DNA from: Pyrinomonadaceae bacterium
GTDB lineage: Bacteria > Acidobacteriota > Blastocatellia > Pyrinomonadales > Pyrinomonadaceae
Direction: 5' to 3'
Length of the DNA stretch: 64,000 nt
NCBI GenBank assembly: GCA_046313635.1
Contig: JBKBYA010000001.1
Coordinates: 32,001-96,000 of the forward strand
Shown: positions 1 to 8,984 of the stretch, piece after piece
Layout: each line of letters starts with the position of its first letter
How positions within the stretch are numbered: position 1 is the first letter of the stretch
Notes under the pieces: model-generated
What the model was told of the DNA's origin: nothing
What the model saw: only the letters and a program-made list of their open reading frames with translations
The model's database searches: none
Translations under genes and position numbers: made by a program

Positions 1-162
1 GGCGACAAAATCGAACTGCGGCTCACCGAGCACCTTGCCCGTGATCTCGTCGCCCGGACCGATCAGGTAGCCTTTCTGCTCCTCATTCGCCGGAGCCTGC
101 GCCCGCGCTCCGGCCGCAAAGCACAATGCCGCCAGAGCCAATACTGCAAAGCTGATTCTCAT
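1..162 (-). CDS. Polysaccharide export (Wza/Poly_export-like) protein, N-terminal part, truncated by the window edge
   Basis: Manual translation MRISFAVLALAALCFAAGARAQAPANEEQKGYLIGPGDEITGKVLGEPQFDFVA: signal peptide followed by the Y-x-I-G-P-G-D motif. GAGG RBS upstream. Not in the ORF track. Confidence 0.8.
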   Translation of the reverse strand, partial: MRISFAVLALAALCFAAGARAQAPANEEQKGYLIGPGDEITGKVLGEPQFDFVA

Positions 163-298
163 TAAATATGCCTCTTGTGAAATGGACCTCAAGGATATCT
201 TACAGGTTTTTTCGATTCAAACTTCAGCTCTCGCCGTTGCCTTCCGTATAAACGGCCGGTGAGCTTTCTGTTATCATTGGTTTTCCAGCTTTAGCACT

Positions 299-2335
299 TT
301 GGCCCGAGTCGACGGGCCGCCTCTGAGAGAGATGGACCGGCCCACGGCGCACGTAATGCAACACGAGATCGACGAGAGCTTTGGCGAGCGGCTTTGGATA
401 CTGCGCCGGCCGGCGCAGCTGCTGCTCGACCTGTTTGTGCTGACGGCGGCGTTTCTCTTTGCATACCTGCCGGCGGTCAATATCCAGCTCGGCGACTATT
501 ATCTCGAAACGGCGCTTTCGCAGCTGCCGTTCGTGATCCTGGTCGAGTTTGCCGCGCTCTTTGTCGTCGGCGCGTACTCGATCATCTGGCGCTACATCAG
601 CATCGAGGACATCCGCGTCTTTCTTAAGGCGGCAATTATCTGCGCGATCGTCTTTTTGTCGCTGCGATTTTTGCTGATCTATTCGCCGTTCCGTCTGTGG
701 CAGATACCGATCTCGGTGATCCTGCTCAACCTGGTGCTCGGCTTTGGCGGTCTGCTCGCCGTGCGGGTGCTGCGCCGATTCAGCTACGAGCTCGGCGAAA
801 AGAACCGCTTTGCCGGCCGCCCTCGCCGCACCAAGCTCACGCCCGCACTTATCGTCGGCGCCGGTCGAATGGGCGCGACTCTCGTCAAGGAGATCTACGG
901 CCGCCGCGATGCCGAGCTCGAGATACGCGGCTTTGTCGACGACGATTCTCGCAAGGTCGGCGGCAGCGTGGGCGGCGTCAAGGTGCTCGGCCGCACGCGC
1001 GATCTCGCGCACCTCGTCGAGGAGCTGCATATCAAGCAGGTAGTCATCGCGATCGACAACGCGCGCGGAGCCGAGATACGCCGCGTGCTCGATCTCTGCT
1101 CGGGCCTTGCGGTCAAGACGCAGATCGTGCCGAGTCTCGACGAGATCGCGACCGGCCGGGTCTCTGTAAGCCGGACGCGCGACGTGCAGATCGAGGACCT
1201 GCTCGGCCGCGATCCCGTAGAGCTCGACGACGAGAACCTTCATCACTTCCTGACCGGGAAGACCGTGATGGTCACCGGTGCCGGCGGCTCGATCGGGTCC
1301 GAGCTCGTCCGGCAGATCACGAAGTATCAGCCGAAGCGTTTGCTGCTCGTCGAACGCGCCGAGTTTTTGCTCTTTCAGATCGAGCGCGAGCTGGCAAACA
1401 AATTCGAGGGCGTAGTTTATTTTCCGCTCATCGCCGATGCCGGCGACGACGCGCGGATGCGCGAGATCTTTGAGCGGTTTCGGCCCGAGGTGATCTTTCA
1501 CGCGGCGGCCCACAAGCATGTCCCGATGATGGAGGCAAACCCGTGCGAGGCCGTCAAGAACAACATCTTCGCGACGCGCACCGTCGCGACGCTCGCCGGC
1601 GAATTCTGTGCCGAGTCCTTTGTGCTCATCTCGACCGACAAGGCCGTCAATCCGACGTCGGTGATGGGCGCGTCAAAGCGTGTCGCCGAGCTGGTCGTCC
1701 AAAGTCTCGATCAGCGGTTTGAGAGAACGAATTACATCGCGGTGCGTTTCGGCAACGTGCTCGGGTCGGCCGGTTCGGTGGTGCCGATCTTTCGCGAGCA
1801 GATCCTTGCCGGCGGCCCGGTGACGGTGACCGATCGCGAGATGACCCGCTACTTTATGACGATCCCCGAGGCGTCGCAGCTCGTGCTGCAGGCCGGCGCT
1901 CTCGGCGAGGGCGGCGAGATCTTTATCCTCGACATGGGCAAGCCGGTGCGAATTCTCGATCTTGCCGAGGACATGATCCGTCTCTCGGGCCTGACGCCTT
2001 ACGAGGACATCGACATTCAATTCTCGGGGATACGAAAGGGCGAAAAGCTCTTTGAAGAACTCGAGATCTCGGGCGAGAGCCTGCTTAAGACAAAACATCC
2101 GAAGATCTTTATCGGTAAGATCGCCACGTACTCGACGGCGCAGGTCGACGCGATAATTGCGGAGTTTCAGGCCGCGGTCCGCTCGGCCGACGAGCGGCAG
2201 ATCAGACAGACCTTTAACACTTATCTGCCCGAAGCGACGATCGCTGTCGACCATTCGCCGCAGATAACGGCGGCCGCAGACCCGGACGACAATCTTCTGG
2301 AGCCGGCGGCTCGGCTTGGGCTGGCAGAAAAATAA
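299..2335 (+). CDS. Nucleoside-diphosphate sugar epimerase/dehydratase (CapD/WbpM/PglF family)
   Basis: N-terminal TM helices, GAGRMG Rossmann-like segment, TGAGGSIGSEL, HAAAHKHVP, STDKAVNPTSVMGASK, VRFGNVLGS, MTRYFMTIPEA. True start may be the ATG at 332 or 357. Confidence 0.93.
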   Translation: MARVDGPPLREMDRPTAHVMQHEIDESFGERLWILRRPAQLLLDLFVLTAAFLFAYLPAVNIQLGDYYLETALSQLPFVILVEFAALFVVGAYSIIWRYISIEDIRVFLKAAIICAIVFLSLRFLLIYSPFRLWQIPISVILLNLVLGFGGLLAVRVLRRFSYELGEKNRFAGRPRRTKLTPALIVGAGRMGATLVKEIYGRRDAELEIRGFVDDDSRKVGGSVGGVKVLGRTRDLAHLVEELHIKQVVIAIDNARGAEIRRVLDLCSGLAVKTQIVPSLDEIATGRVSVSRTRDVQIEDLLGRDPVELDDENLHHFLTGKTVMVTGAGGSIGSELVRQITKYQPKRLLLVERAEFLLFQIERELANKFEGVVYFPLIADAGDDARMREIFERFRPEVIFHAAAHKHVPMMEANPCEAVKNNIFATRTVATLAGEFCAESFVLISTDKAVNPTSVMGASKRVAELVVQSLDQRFERTNYIAVRFGNVLGSAGSVVPIFREQILAGGPVTVTDREMTRYFMTIPEASQLVLQAGALGEGGEIFILDMGKPVRILDLAEDMIRLSGLTPYEDIDIQFSGIRKGEKLFEELEISGESLLKTKHPKIFIGKIATYSTAQVDAIIAEFQAAVRSADERQIRQTFNTYLPEATIAVDHSPQITAAADPDDNLLEPAARLGLAEK

Positions 2336-2356
2336 CGGAGAGCATAAGAAACGAAC

Positions 2357-3403
2357 ATGGGAGTTTTAGTAACAGGCGGCGCCGGATACATCGGCAGCGT
2401 TGCGGTCGAGGACCTCGCCGGGCGCGGCGAGCAGGTCGTGGTGCTCGACAATCTGGTTTACGGTCATCGCGAGGCCGTGCCCGCGGACGTGCCCTTTTAC
2501 GAGGGCTCGATCGGCGACAAGGCCCTCATCGGCCGCATCATCGCCGAGCACGAGATCGACGCGTGCATGCACTTTTCGGCATACGCGTACGTCGGCGAAT
2601 CGGTCGAGCAGCCTGCAAAGTATTTTGCCAACAACTTTACCGAGACGCTCGCTCTGCTCGACGCTCTGCTCGCGGGCGGGGTCAAGCGGTTCATCTTTTC
2701 GTCGACCTGCGCGACCTACGGCGTGCCGCAGTACGTGCCGATCGACGAAAAGCATCCGCAGTGGCCGATCAATCCGTACGGCTGGTCAAAATTCATGGTC
2801 GAGCGGGCGCTCGAGTCTTACGATACGGCCTACGGTCTGAAGTACGTCGCTCTCCGATACTTCAACGCCGCAGGCGCGAGCGACCGCTGCGGCGAGGACC
2901 ACGAACCCGAGACGCATCTGATCCCGCTAGTGCTCAAGGCGGCTCTCGGCAAGATACCGCACGTCACGATCTTTGGCGACGATTACCCGACGCCTGACGG
3001 CACGGCCGTGCGCGACTACATTCACATCTCTGACCTCTCGAGCGCGCACCTGCTCGCGCTCGATCACCTGCGCGCGGACAAGCAGTCCGAATTCATCAAT
3101 CTCGGCAACGGCAGCGGCTACTCGGTCAAGGAAGTGATCGACACGGCCCGCCGCGTGACCGGCCGCGAGATCGTCGCGAATGTCGGTCCGCGTCGTGCGG
3201 GCGACCCGCCGCAGCTCGTCGGCGACTCGCGCAAGGCGCGTGAGGTGCTCGGCTGGGACCCGCAGTTCGCCGCGCTCGAGACGATCATCGAGAGCGCCTG
3301 GCGATGGCATCAGCAGCATCCCGAGGGCTACGACGCGCACGCAAACTCTTCGGCCCCTGCATCGGGGCTGCTCTCCGACGTCCTCAGAACGCACTCGAGG
3401 TGA
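2357..3403 (+). CDS. galE: UDP-glucose 4-epimerase
   Basis: [24 protein letters not shown] (YxxxK), [19 protein letters not shown]. Confidence 0.95.
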   Translation: MGVLVTGGAGYIGSVAVEDLAGRGEQVVVLDNLVYGHREAVPADVPFYEGSIGDKALIGRIIAEHEIDACMHFSAYAYVGESVEQPAKYFANNFTETLALLDALLAGGVKRFIFSSTCATYGVPQYVPIDEKHPQWPINPYGWSKFMVERALESYDTAYGLKYVALRYFNAAGASDRCGEDHEPETHLIPLVLKAALGKIPHVTIFGDDYPTPDGTAVRDYIHISDLSSAHLLALDHLRADKQSEFINLGNGSGYSVKEVIDTARRVTGREIVANVGPRRAGDPPQLVGDSRKAREVLGWDPQFAALETIIESAWRWHQQHPEGYDAHANSSAPASGLLSDVLRTHSR

Positions 3404-3415
3404 TCGGTTTATCGA

Positions 3416-4687
3416 ATGACCAGCTCAGTCCACACGAACATTTCAAAAAGCCGCATCTCGCGCAAGGCCGCGTCGTTTACCGAGTCGGTCATCCGCGAGA
3501 TGACGCGCGAGGCGATGAAGTACGGCGCGGTGAATCTCGGCCAGGGCTTCCCCGACTGGGCCGCGCCTGAGGACATCAAGCAAAAGGCGATGGAGGCGAT
3601 CGCGGCCGATCACAACCAGTACGCGATCACGTGGGGCGTAAAGCCGTTTCGCGACGCCATTGCCGAAAAGACAAAATGGTTTCTCGGTCTCGATATCGAC
3701 CCCGAGACCGAGATCACGGTCACGTGCGGCTCGACCGAAGGGATGATCGCCGCGATGATGGCGACGGTCGACGCGGGCGAGGAGGTCATCGTCTTTGAGC
3801 CCTTCTATGAGAACTACGCGCCCGACGCGATCCTGTCGGACGCGACGCCGCGGCACGTGCCGCTGTACAACCGCGGCGGCCGATTCGAATTCGATCGCGA
3901 CGAGCTGCGTGCTGCATTTAACGAGCGGACAAAGGCGATCATCATCTGCAATCCGAACAATCCGACCGGAAAGGTCTTCGCTCGCGAGGAGCTCGATTTC
4001 ATCGCCGGTCTCTGCCAGGAGTTTGACGTGCTCTGCTTCACCGACGAGATATACGAGCACATCATTTACGGCGAAGTTCCGGGTTCAGAGTTCCGAGTTC
4101 AGAGTCAAACTCTCGACTCATCTCCGACCACTGACCACCGGCCACTGACCACTGTTCCCCACATCTCGATGGCCCAACTCTCGGGAATGCGGGAACGCAC
4201 GGTCGTCGTCAACTCGATGTCAAAGACGTACTCGGTCACGGGCTGGCGCGTCGGCTGGGTGATCGCTCCGCCGGATATCACGCGAGCGATCCGCAAGGTG
4301 CACGACTTTTTAACGGTCGGCGCCGCCAACGCGCTCCAGCACGCCGGTGCTTATGCTCTGAGTCTGCCGCGAGATTATTACGACGGGCTCCGCGGGCTGT
4401 ATCAGGCAAAGCGCGACTTTATCGTGCCGGTACTGCAGAATGCCGGATTCAAGTGCGAGTATCCCGAAGGCGCGTACTACGTGATGACGGACGTCTCTGA
4501 CTTTGGATTTGCCAACGACGTCGAATTCACGATGAATCTGATCCGCGAGATCGGCGTCGCGGTCGTGCCTTGCTCGTCGTTTTACAGCGATCCGACGCTG
4601 GGCTCGCAGATGGTGCGGTTCTGCTTCTGCAAAAAGGACGAGACGCTCGAGGCCGCGGCCGAGCGGCTTGCAAAGCTCGCCCGCTGA
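3416..4687 (+). CDS. PLP-dependent class I/II aminotransferase with an in-frame repeat-derived insertion
   Basis: NLGQGFPD, NPNNPTGKVF, DEIYEH, SMSKTYSVTGWRVG (PLP lysine). Confidence 0.92.
   Translation: MTSSVHTNISKSRISRKAASFTESVIREMTREAMKYGAVNLGQGFPDWAAPEDIKQKAMEAIAADHNQYAITWGVKPFRDAIAEKTKWFLGLDIDPETEITVTCGSTEGMIAAMMATVDAGEEVIVFEPFYENYAPDAILSDATPRHVPLYNRGGRFEFDRDELRAAFNERTKAIIICNPNNPTGKVFAREELDFIAGLCQEFDVLCFTDEIYEHIIYGEVPGSEFRVQSQTLDSSPTTDHRPLTTVPHISMAQLSGMRERTVVVNSMSKTYSVTGWRVGWVIAPPDITRAIRKVHDFLTVGAANALQHAGAYALSLPRDYYDGLRGLYQAKRDFIVPVLQNAGFKCEYPEGAYYVMTDVSDFGFANDVEFTMNLIREIGVAVVPCSSFYSDPTLGSQMVRFCFCKKDETLEAAAERLAKLAR
4075..4153. repeat. In-frame heptamer repeat insertion (AGTTCCG/AGTTCAG, then CCGACCA/CTGACCA)
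   Basis: 7-bp periodic tracts encoding VPGSEFRVQSQTLDSSPTTDHRPLTT, between DEIYEH and HISMA. Confidence 0.8.
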
Positions 4688-4783
4688 GGCAACCTCGGCT
4701 TTCTCGAGGCGCAACAAAATACTGTCCGGAGCGTATCTGCTCCGCGAGCAATAATTCAACAGATCTATTTGAATGGAGGTCAT

Positions 4784-5749
4784 ATGATCCGTAAATCGAT
4801 AGCTCTCATTCTCTTGGGCGTCGCTGCCGGTCTGACGGCCGCCCACGCGCAGAATGCGCCGAAGCCGCCCGAGCGGCCCTCGGCCCCGCAGGCCTTTGCA
4901 TGGACGACCGGCATCGAGTCGTCGGGTTATCTCGGCGTGCAGACCGAGGATGTCAGCCGCGAGAATTTTGCGAAGTTCGGCCTTAAAGAAGTGCGCGGTG
5001 TCGCCATCGAAAAGGTGATGGACAATTCGCCCGCCGCCGCGGCCGGCATACAGGCGGGCGACGTCATCGTCCGCTTTAACGGCGAAGAGATCACGAGCGT
5101 GCGCAAGCTGACGCGGCTGATCAGCGAGGTCGCGCCCGATCACCGCGCAAAGGTGACCGTCATTCGCGGCGGCAGCGAGCGCGATATCGAGGTCACGATC
5201 GGCAAGCGGCCGGCGCCGGAGTTTGCGGGCGCCGTTGGCGGCGCGCCGTTTGGCCGCTTTGAGCTGCCCGAGATGGGTCGTCTGCCGATGCCGCCCGCGG
5301 CACCGGAGGGCGAGTGGCGAGAGTTCGAGTTTCCGGGCGGTCGGGGCCGCGCATTCACGATGGTCCGCGGCGGCCGCCAGATCGGCGTCGTCGTCACGGG
5401 GCTGACAAAGCAGCTCGCCGAGCACTTTAAGGTCGACGGCGGCGTGATGGTGACCGAGGTCCGCGAAAACACTCCGGCGGCGAAGGCCGGATTGAAGGCC
5501 GGCGACATCATCGTCGAGGCCGACGGCAAGCCGGTCAAGGACGATATGGACGTCATTCGCGCGATCAACGGCAAAAAGGACGGCGAGGCGGTGCAGATAA
5601 CATTTGTCCGGGCCGGCAAGCGTGAGACTGTGTCGGTCGTGCCTGAAGCGGCGAAGGACGGCGGATTCAACTTCAGGATGGGCGACAGGGCGCCGATGTC
5701 TTTCGTGATGCCGCGCCCATTCGTTTTGGATCGACGCTCGTCGATCTAA
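4784..5749 (+). CDS. Secreted tandem-PDZ domain protein without a recognisable protease domain
   Basis: GGAGG RBS at 4775-4779 and a signal peptide. GYLGV...SPAAAAGIQAGDVI and GVMVTEV...TPAAKAGLKAGDII PDZ signatures. Confidence 0.85.
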   Translation: MIRKSIALILLGVAAGLTAAHAQNAPKPPERPSAPQAFAWTTGIESSGYLGVQTEDVSRENFAKFGLKEVRGVAIEKVMDNSPAAAAGIQAGDVIVRFNGEEITSVRKLTRLISEVAPDHRAKVTVIRGGSERDIEVTIGKRPAPEFAGAVGGAPFGRFELPEMGRLPMPPAAPEGEWREFEFPGGRGRAFTMVRGGRQIGVVVTGLTKQLAEHFKVDGGVMVTEVRENTPAAKAGLKAGDIIVEADGKPVKDDMDVIRAINGKKDGEAVQITFVRAGKRETVSVVPEAAKDGGFNFRMGDRAPMSFVMPRPFVLDRRSSI

Positions 5750-5803
5750 CGCTAAACAAAAACAACGATGGTTCGGCGGCGGGCTACTGCCCGCCGTTCT
5801 TTT

Positions 5804-6916
5804 TCAGATCAGCCGAAGATCCGGATTGTTCTTACGCCGCCAGATGAATCCGTCGAGCACGTAATGCGTGAGCTGCGGCACCGCGAGCAGCGGGACGACG
5901 TACATCCGCGCCGATCCCCAATCCCAGTCCGGCCCAAAGAGCCATTGCCGCTCGTGCCACACGCCGCGGTGCCAAAAGAGTTCTTCGAGATAGGCAAGCG
6001 CCCAGAGCGTCGCGACAAAGATCATCCAGTTGTGCGACAGCGTGCGATACACCCTGCCCGAGGTCTCGCGGCGAAACTTCGCATAGACCCAGACCAGCGC
6101 AAAGTAAGGCACGCCGTGGATGATCACGTTCGTAACGGTGAAGGCGTAATCGGAATTGAAAACCACGATCCCGACGTACCAGCAAACGACGGTCGTCGCG
6201 ACGACGATGTCCTTGCCGGGATTCAAGAATCTCCGCGTCGCGTAAAGGTAGATCGACTTTGCAAAGTATGCGACGAGAGCGCAAACGTAGATCGGCCAGA
6301 GCACTCGCTCGACGATCGACGGCAGCGGGACAAGATCGTTCTGCACAAACCACTCAAAGCCGCGCGGCAGATTGGTCATCCAGAAAGCGAGCGGATAAAC
6401 GCTCGCGAGATAGATCGCGGCCGCGTCGATCCACCACGTCCAGCGCTCGATCTCGCCAAGCTTGCGGCGGTATAGATTGACCCAGCCGTACTGCTGCCGC
6501 ACAAAGTGAAACACCGCGACGGCCGCCAGCACGCGCCAGAATGTCAGTGCACTCTCCGAATAGAGCGCGACGCCGACCGCGTAACCCGACACGGGCACAA
6601 GCGAGTACAGCCAGATGCGCCGCCTGAATTCTTCGACGTCGAAATAAACTCTGAAGCTGGTCGACCAAACGTGCGCGACATCGATCAGCAAGACCGCGGT
6701 GACCCACGTCCAGTCCGGCGACTCGTCATGCAAGATCCCGAGCTGCCACCCGAGCGCGAGCAGCAGCAGAGATGCGATCGCGCTGCCGAGGAAGACGGAA
6801 AGATCGAGAGCACGAGAGAAGAGCCAGACCGATTCACCGCCAAGACGCGGAGACGGTGATTTCGCCGCATGAGCGGTCGAATATCCACGTTCGATCTGCG
6901 CGACTCCCTGCATCAT
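5804..6916 (-). CDS. Multi-pass membrane protein of unknown function, last gene of the polyamine operon
   Basis: Many hydrophobic segments with His motifs (AHVWST, FHFVRQQYG, IHGVPY, THYVLDGFIW). 5 bp downstream of the oxidoreductase. Confidence 0.75.
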   Translation of the reverse strand: MMQGVAQIERGYSTAHAAKSPSPRLGGESVWLFSRALDLSVFLGSAIASLLLLALGWQLGILHDESPDWTWVTAVLLIDVAHVWSTSFRVYFDVEEFRRRIWLYSLVPVSGYAVGVALYSESALTFWRVLAAVAVFHFVRQQYGWVNLYRRKLGEIERWTWWIDAAAIYLASVYPLAFWMTNLPRGFEWFVQNDLVPLPSIVERVLWPIYVCALVAYFAKSIYLYATRRFLNPGKDIVVATTVVCWYVGIVVFNSDYAFTVTNVIIHGVPYFALVWVYAKFRRETSGRVYRTLSHNWMIFVATLWALAYLEELFWHRGVWHERQWLFGPDWDWGSARMYVVPLLAVPQLTHYVLDGFIWRRKNNPDLRLI

Positions 6917-6921
6917 CCTTC

Positions 6922-8538
6922 TCAGCGTCTCTGCGTCTCGGCGGTAAATGTCTCCCTCGCCGCGCGCAGGCCATGGTAAAAAGCTTCTTCAAATAAAGCG
7001 AGACCGCTCAGGTCTGAATGCGCAAAGTGAATATTGCGGTACGGCTTCATCGCTTTTTCGCGCTCGCCGCTCCAGATGAAATTCGTTCGCGGGCTGATCA
7101 TCGCGTGGCCCCAGCGCATCACGTCGAGGCGTGTCGTGAGATCGTAAATATCCGGATGCGCGCGGGCAAGATCGGTCAGGCAGACGTCGGCGAGTTCGCG
7201 CCACGAAAAGTTAAAGAGCGTCGTGCGCGCATTCGCGTCGTCGCACATCGGGTAATAGTAGGTCAGGATCGTCGGCCCGTGATCGATGCCCTTCTGATGC
7301 GTCGCTGCGACGTAGCCGAGGCTCGGGCTCTCGTAAAGCACGTTGTCCCACGCGAGCGGAAAGTCGCGCGCAAAGCGATGCTTTGGCCGATCGCGCAAGA
7401 ACAGATTCGCGACAAACCATGCGTTGTGATGAAACTCGCCGGCCGCAAACGGCGCGTCTTCGCGAAAGCCGCGAATGACAAACGGCGCCGTGAATATCGG
7501 CGACGCGTAGATAACCCGCTCGCACCGAAAGCCGCGAAGCTGCCGTTCGCCGTCGAGACAGATCACGTCGACACTTTTTGCATTCGGCACAACAGACACG
7601 ACGGCGTGCGAGCCGCGTATGTGCTCCTTTGCCGAGTCGGCGAGATGCTGCACAAAGCGGCCGTTGCCTTCCGGAAAAGTGATGAACGCCTGCGATTCGT
7701 CACCGCTCCTTCGCACGCGCGAGCAGAAGTAAAACAGACCCGCCCACGCCGACGCCTGTTCGAGCCGCAGGCCGTAATCGTCGCGTGTCGCGTAGTCGCA
7801 GTACCAAAGCAGCCGCTCGGAAGTGAAGCCATTTTGCCGCAGCCATTCGGCGAACGAGATCTTATCGAGCGACGTAACTTCAGGGTCGGTCGAGCAATTT
7901 GCGACCGGCACGACGAAGGCTCTCTTTCCGCTCGCGTCGCGCCAATTTATCCATCGATCGAGATGCTTTTGAAACTCGCCGTACTGCCGTTTGTCTTCGT
8001 CGCTCGCGCCGGCGTTCAAATAGAGGCCTTCGTGCCAGCGGCCCTTGTAAAAAATGCGCTCCTCGGGCTCGCGGCAGAGGAATTGTTCCTTGATCAAAAC
8101 CTCGCCGCTCGCGCCGCGGCCGTCGATCAGACTCATCTCGTCGAGCAGCGAGATGAGCTCCGCGTTCTCGTGAAACGGAACAGGCAGATAATGCGCGCCC
8201 CAAGGATAGCCGACCGGCTCGCCCGCGCCGCTGCGCGCCGTGCCGCCCGTCTCTTTTTCGAGCTCGAGTAAGACGAAGTCCTCAAACCCCTCGCGCCGAA
8301 ACTTCCACGCTGCAGTCAGCCCCGCAACGCCGCCGCCGACGATCGCGACCTTTATATTCGTCCAATTGTCACTCGGCACCTCAAAGCTCCGCCCCTCGCG
8401 CAGCAGATGCCCCAGCTCGACATTCGCTCCGACGATCTCGCCCTCTGGAAAGACGCGCCATGAACCACTGCGACACGCCGCGAGAGCGAGCGGCGCACCG
8501 AGAAAAGCGGTCAGTAGATCTCTACGGCTTAAATGCAT
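6922..8538 (-). CDS. FAD-dependent oxidoreductase (amine oxidase-like), probable Tat-exported lipoprotein
   Basis: SRRDLL twin-arginine motif, LAAC lipobox, IVGGGVAGL FAD motif, PWGAHYLP, MRWGHAM, FAHSDLSGLALFEEA. Confidence 0.85.
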   Translation of the reverse strand: MHLSRRDLLTAFLGAPLALAACRSGSWRVFPEGEIVGANVELGHLLREGRSFEVPSDNWTNIKVAIVGGGVAGLTAAWKFRREGFEDFVLLELEKETGGTARSGAGEPVGYPWGAHYLPVPFHENAELISLLDEMSLIDGRGASGEVLIKEQFLCREPEERIFYKGRWHEGLYLNAGASDEDKRQYGEFQKHLDRWINWRDASGKRAFVVPVANCSTDPEVTSLDKISFAEWLRQNGFTSERLLWYCDYATRDDYGLRLEQASAWAGLFYFCSRVRRSGDESQAFITFPEGNGRFVQHLADSAKEHIRGSHAVVSVVPNAKSVDVICLDGERQLRGFRCERVIYASPIFTAPFVIRGFREDAPFAAGEFHHNAWFVANLFLRDRPKHRFARDFPLAWDNVLYESPSLGYVAATHQKGIDHGPTILTYYYPMCDDANARTTLFNFSWRELADVCLTDLARAHPDIYDLTTRLDVMRWGHAMISPRTNFIWSGEREKAMKPYRNIHFAHSDLSGLALFEEAFYHGLRAARETFTAETQRR

Positions 8539-8549
8539 CGCGGCGGAAT

Positions 8550-8963
8550 TCAAACAGGATGGACAGGATCGGCAGGATGTCTGCTCGGGTGCAGCCGGTA
8601 AAACTCCAATCGAGGATTACCGAAATTGACGAGCAGACCCACTTCGTGTCCGGTCGCATTCAGATAATTGATCACTTGGGCTTTGTGTTCGGCGAGTACT
8701 CGGGTTACGGCTTTCAGTTCGACGATCACTTTGTTTTCGACGAGCAGGTCCGCATAAAACTCACCTACGATCACGCCTCGGAATTTCACCTTCAGCGGGA
8801 CCTGCGCAGAAACGGAAAGGCCCGTCTGGGTGAGTGCGACGATCAGCGAACGCTCGTATACCGACTCGAGAAAACCGGAGCCAAGCTCAGAACTCACCTC
8901 AAAACACGCTCCGATTATCTTGTCGGTGATATCGGCATGCAGCATCTTGTCCATCCTGTCCAT
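8550..8963 (-). CDS. GxxExxY family protein (PD-(D/E)xK nuclease fold)
   Basis: GFLESVY matches GxxExxY. ADLLVENKVIVELK catalytic-type motif, AQVINYL, GLLVNFG. Confidence 0.9.
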   Translation of the reverse strand: MDRMDKMLHADITDKIIGACFEVSSELGSGFLESVYERSLIVALTQTGLSVSAQVPLKVKFRGVIVGEFYADLLVENKVIVELKAVTRVLAEHKAQVINYLNATGHEVGLLVNFGNPRLEFYRLHPSRHPADPVHPV

Positions 8964-8972
8964 CCTGTTTGA
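8550..8972. mobile_element. Putative GxxExxY element bounded by 20-bp perfect inverted repeats
   Basis: TCAAACAGGATGGACAGGAT at 8550-8569 and its reverse complement ATCCTGTCCATCCTGTTTGA at 8953-8972. Sits between two genes of a co-oriented operon. Mobility is inferred. Confidence 0.6.
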
Positions 8973-8984
8973 GTCGACGTCAGT

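Noticed and set aside
188..193. Single CTCAAG near the wza-like gene
   Set aside because: No partner repeat at 11 or 22 bp, so it does not fit the promoter geometry.
224..1519. Long antisense and alternate-frame ORFs (also 49485-51230, 55701-57752, 60965-62353 and others)
   Set aside because: Shadow ORFs expected in high-GC coding DNA. They have no recognisable motifs and overlap well-supported genes.
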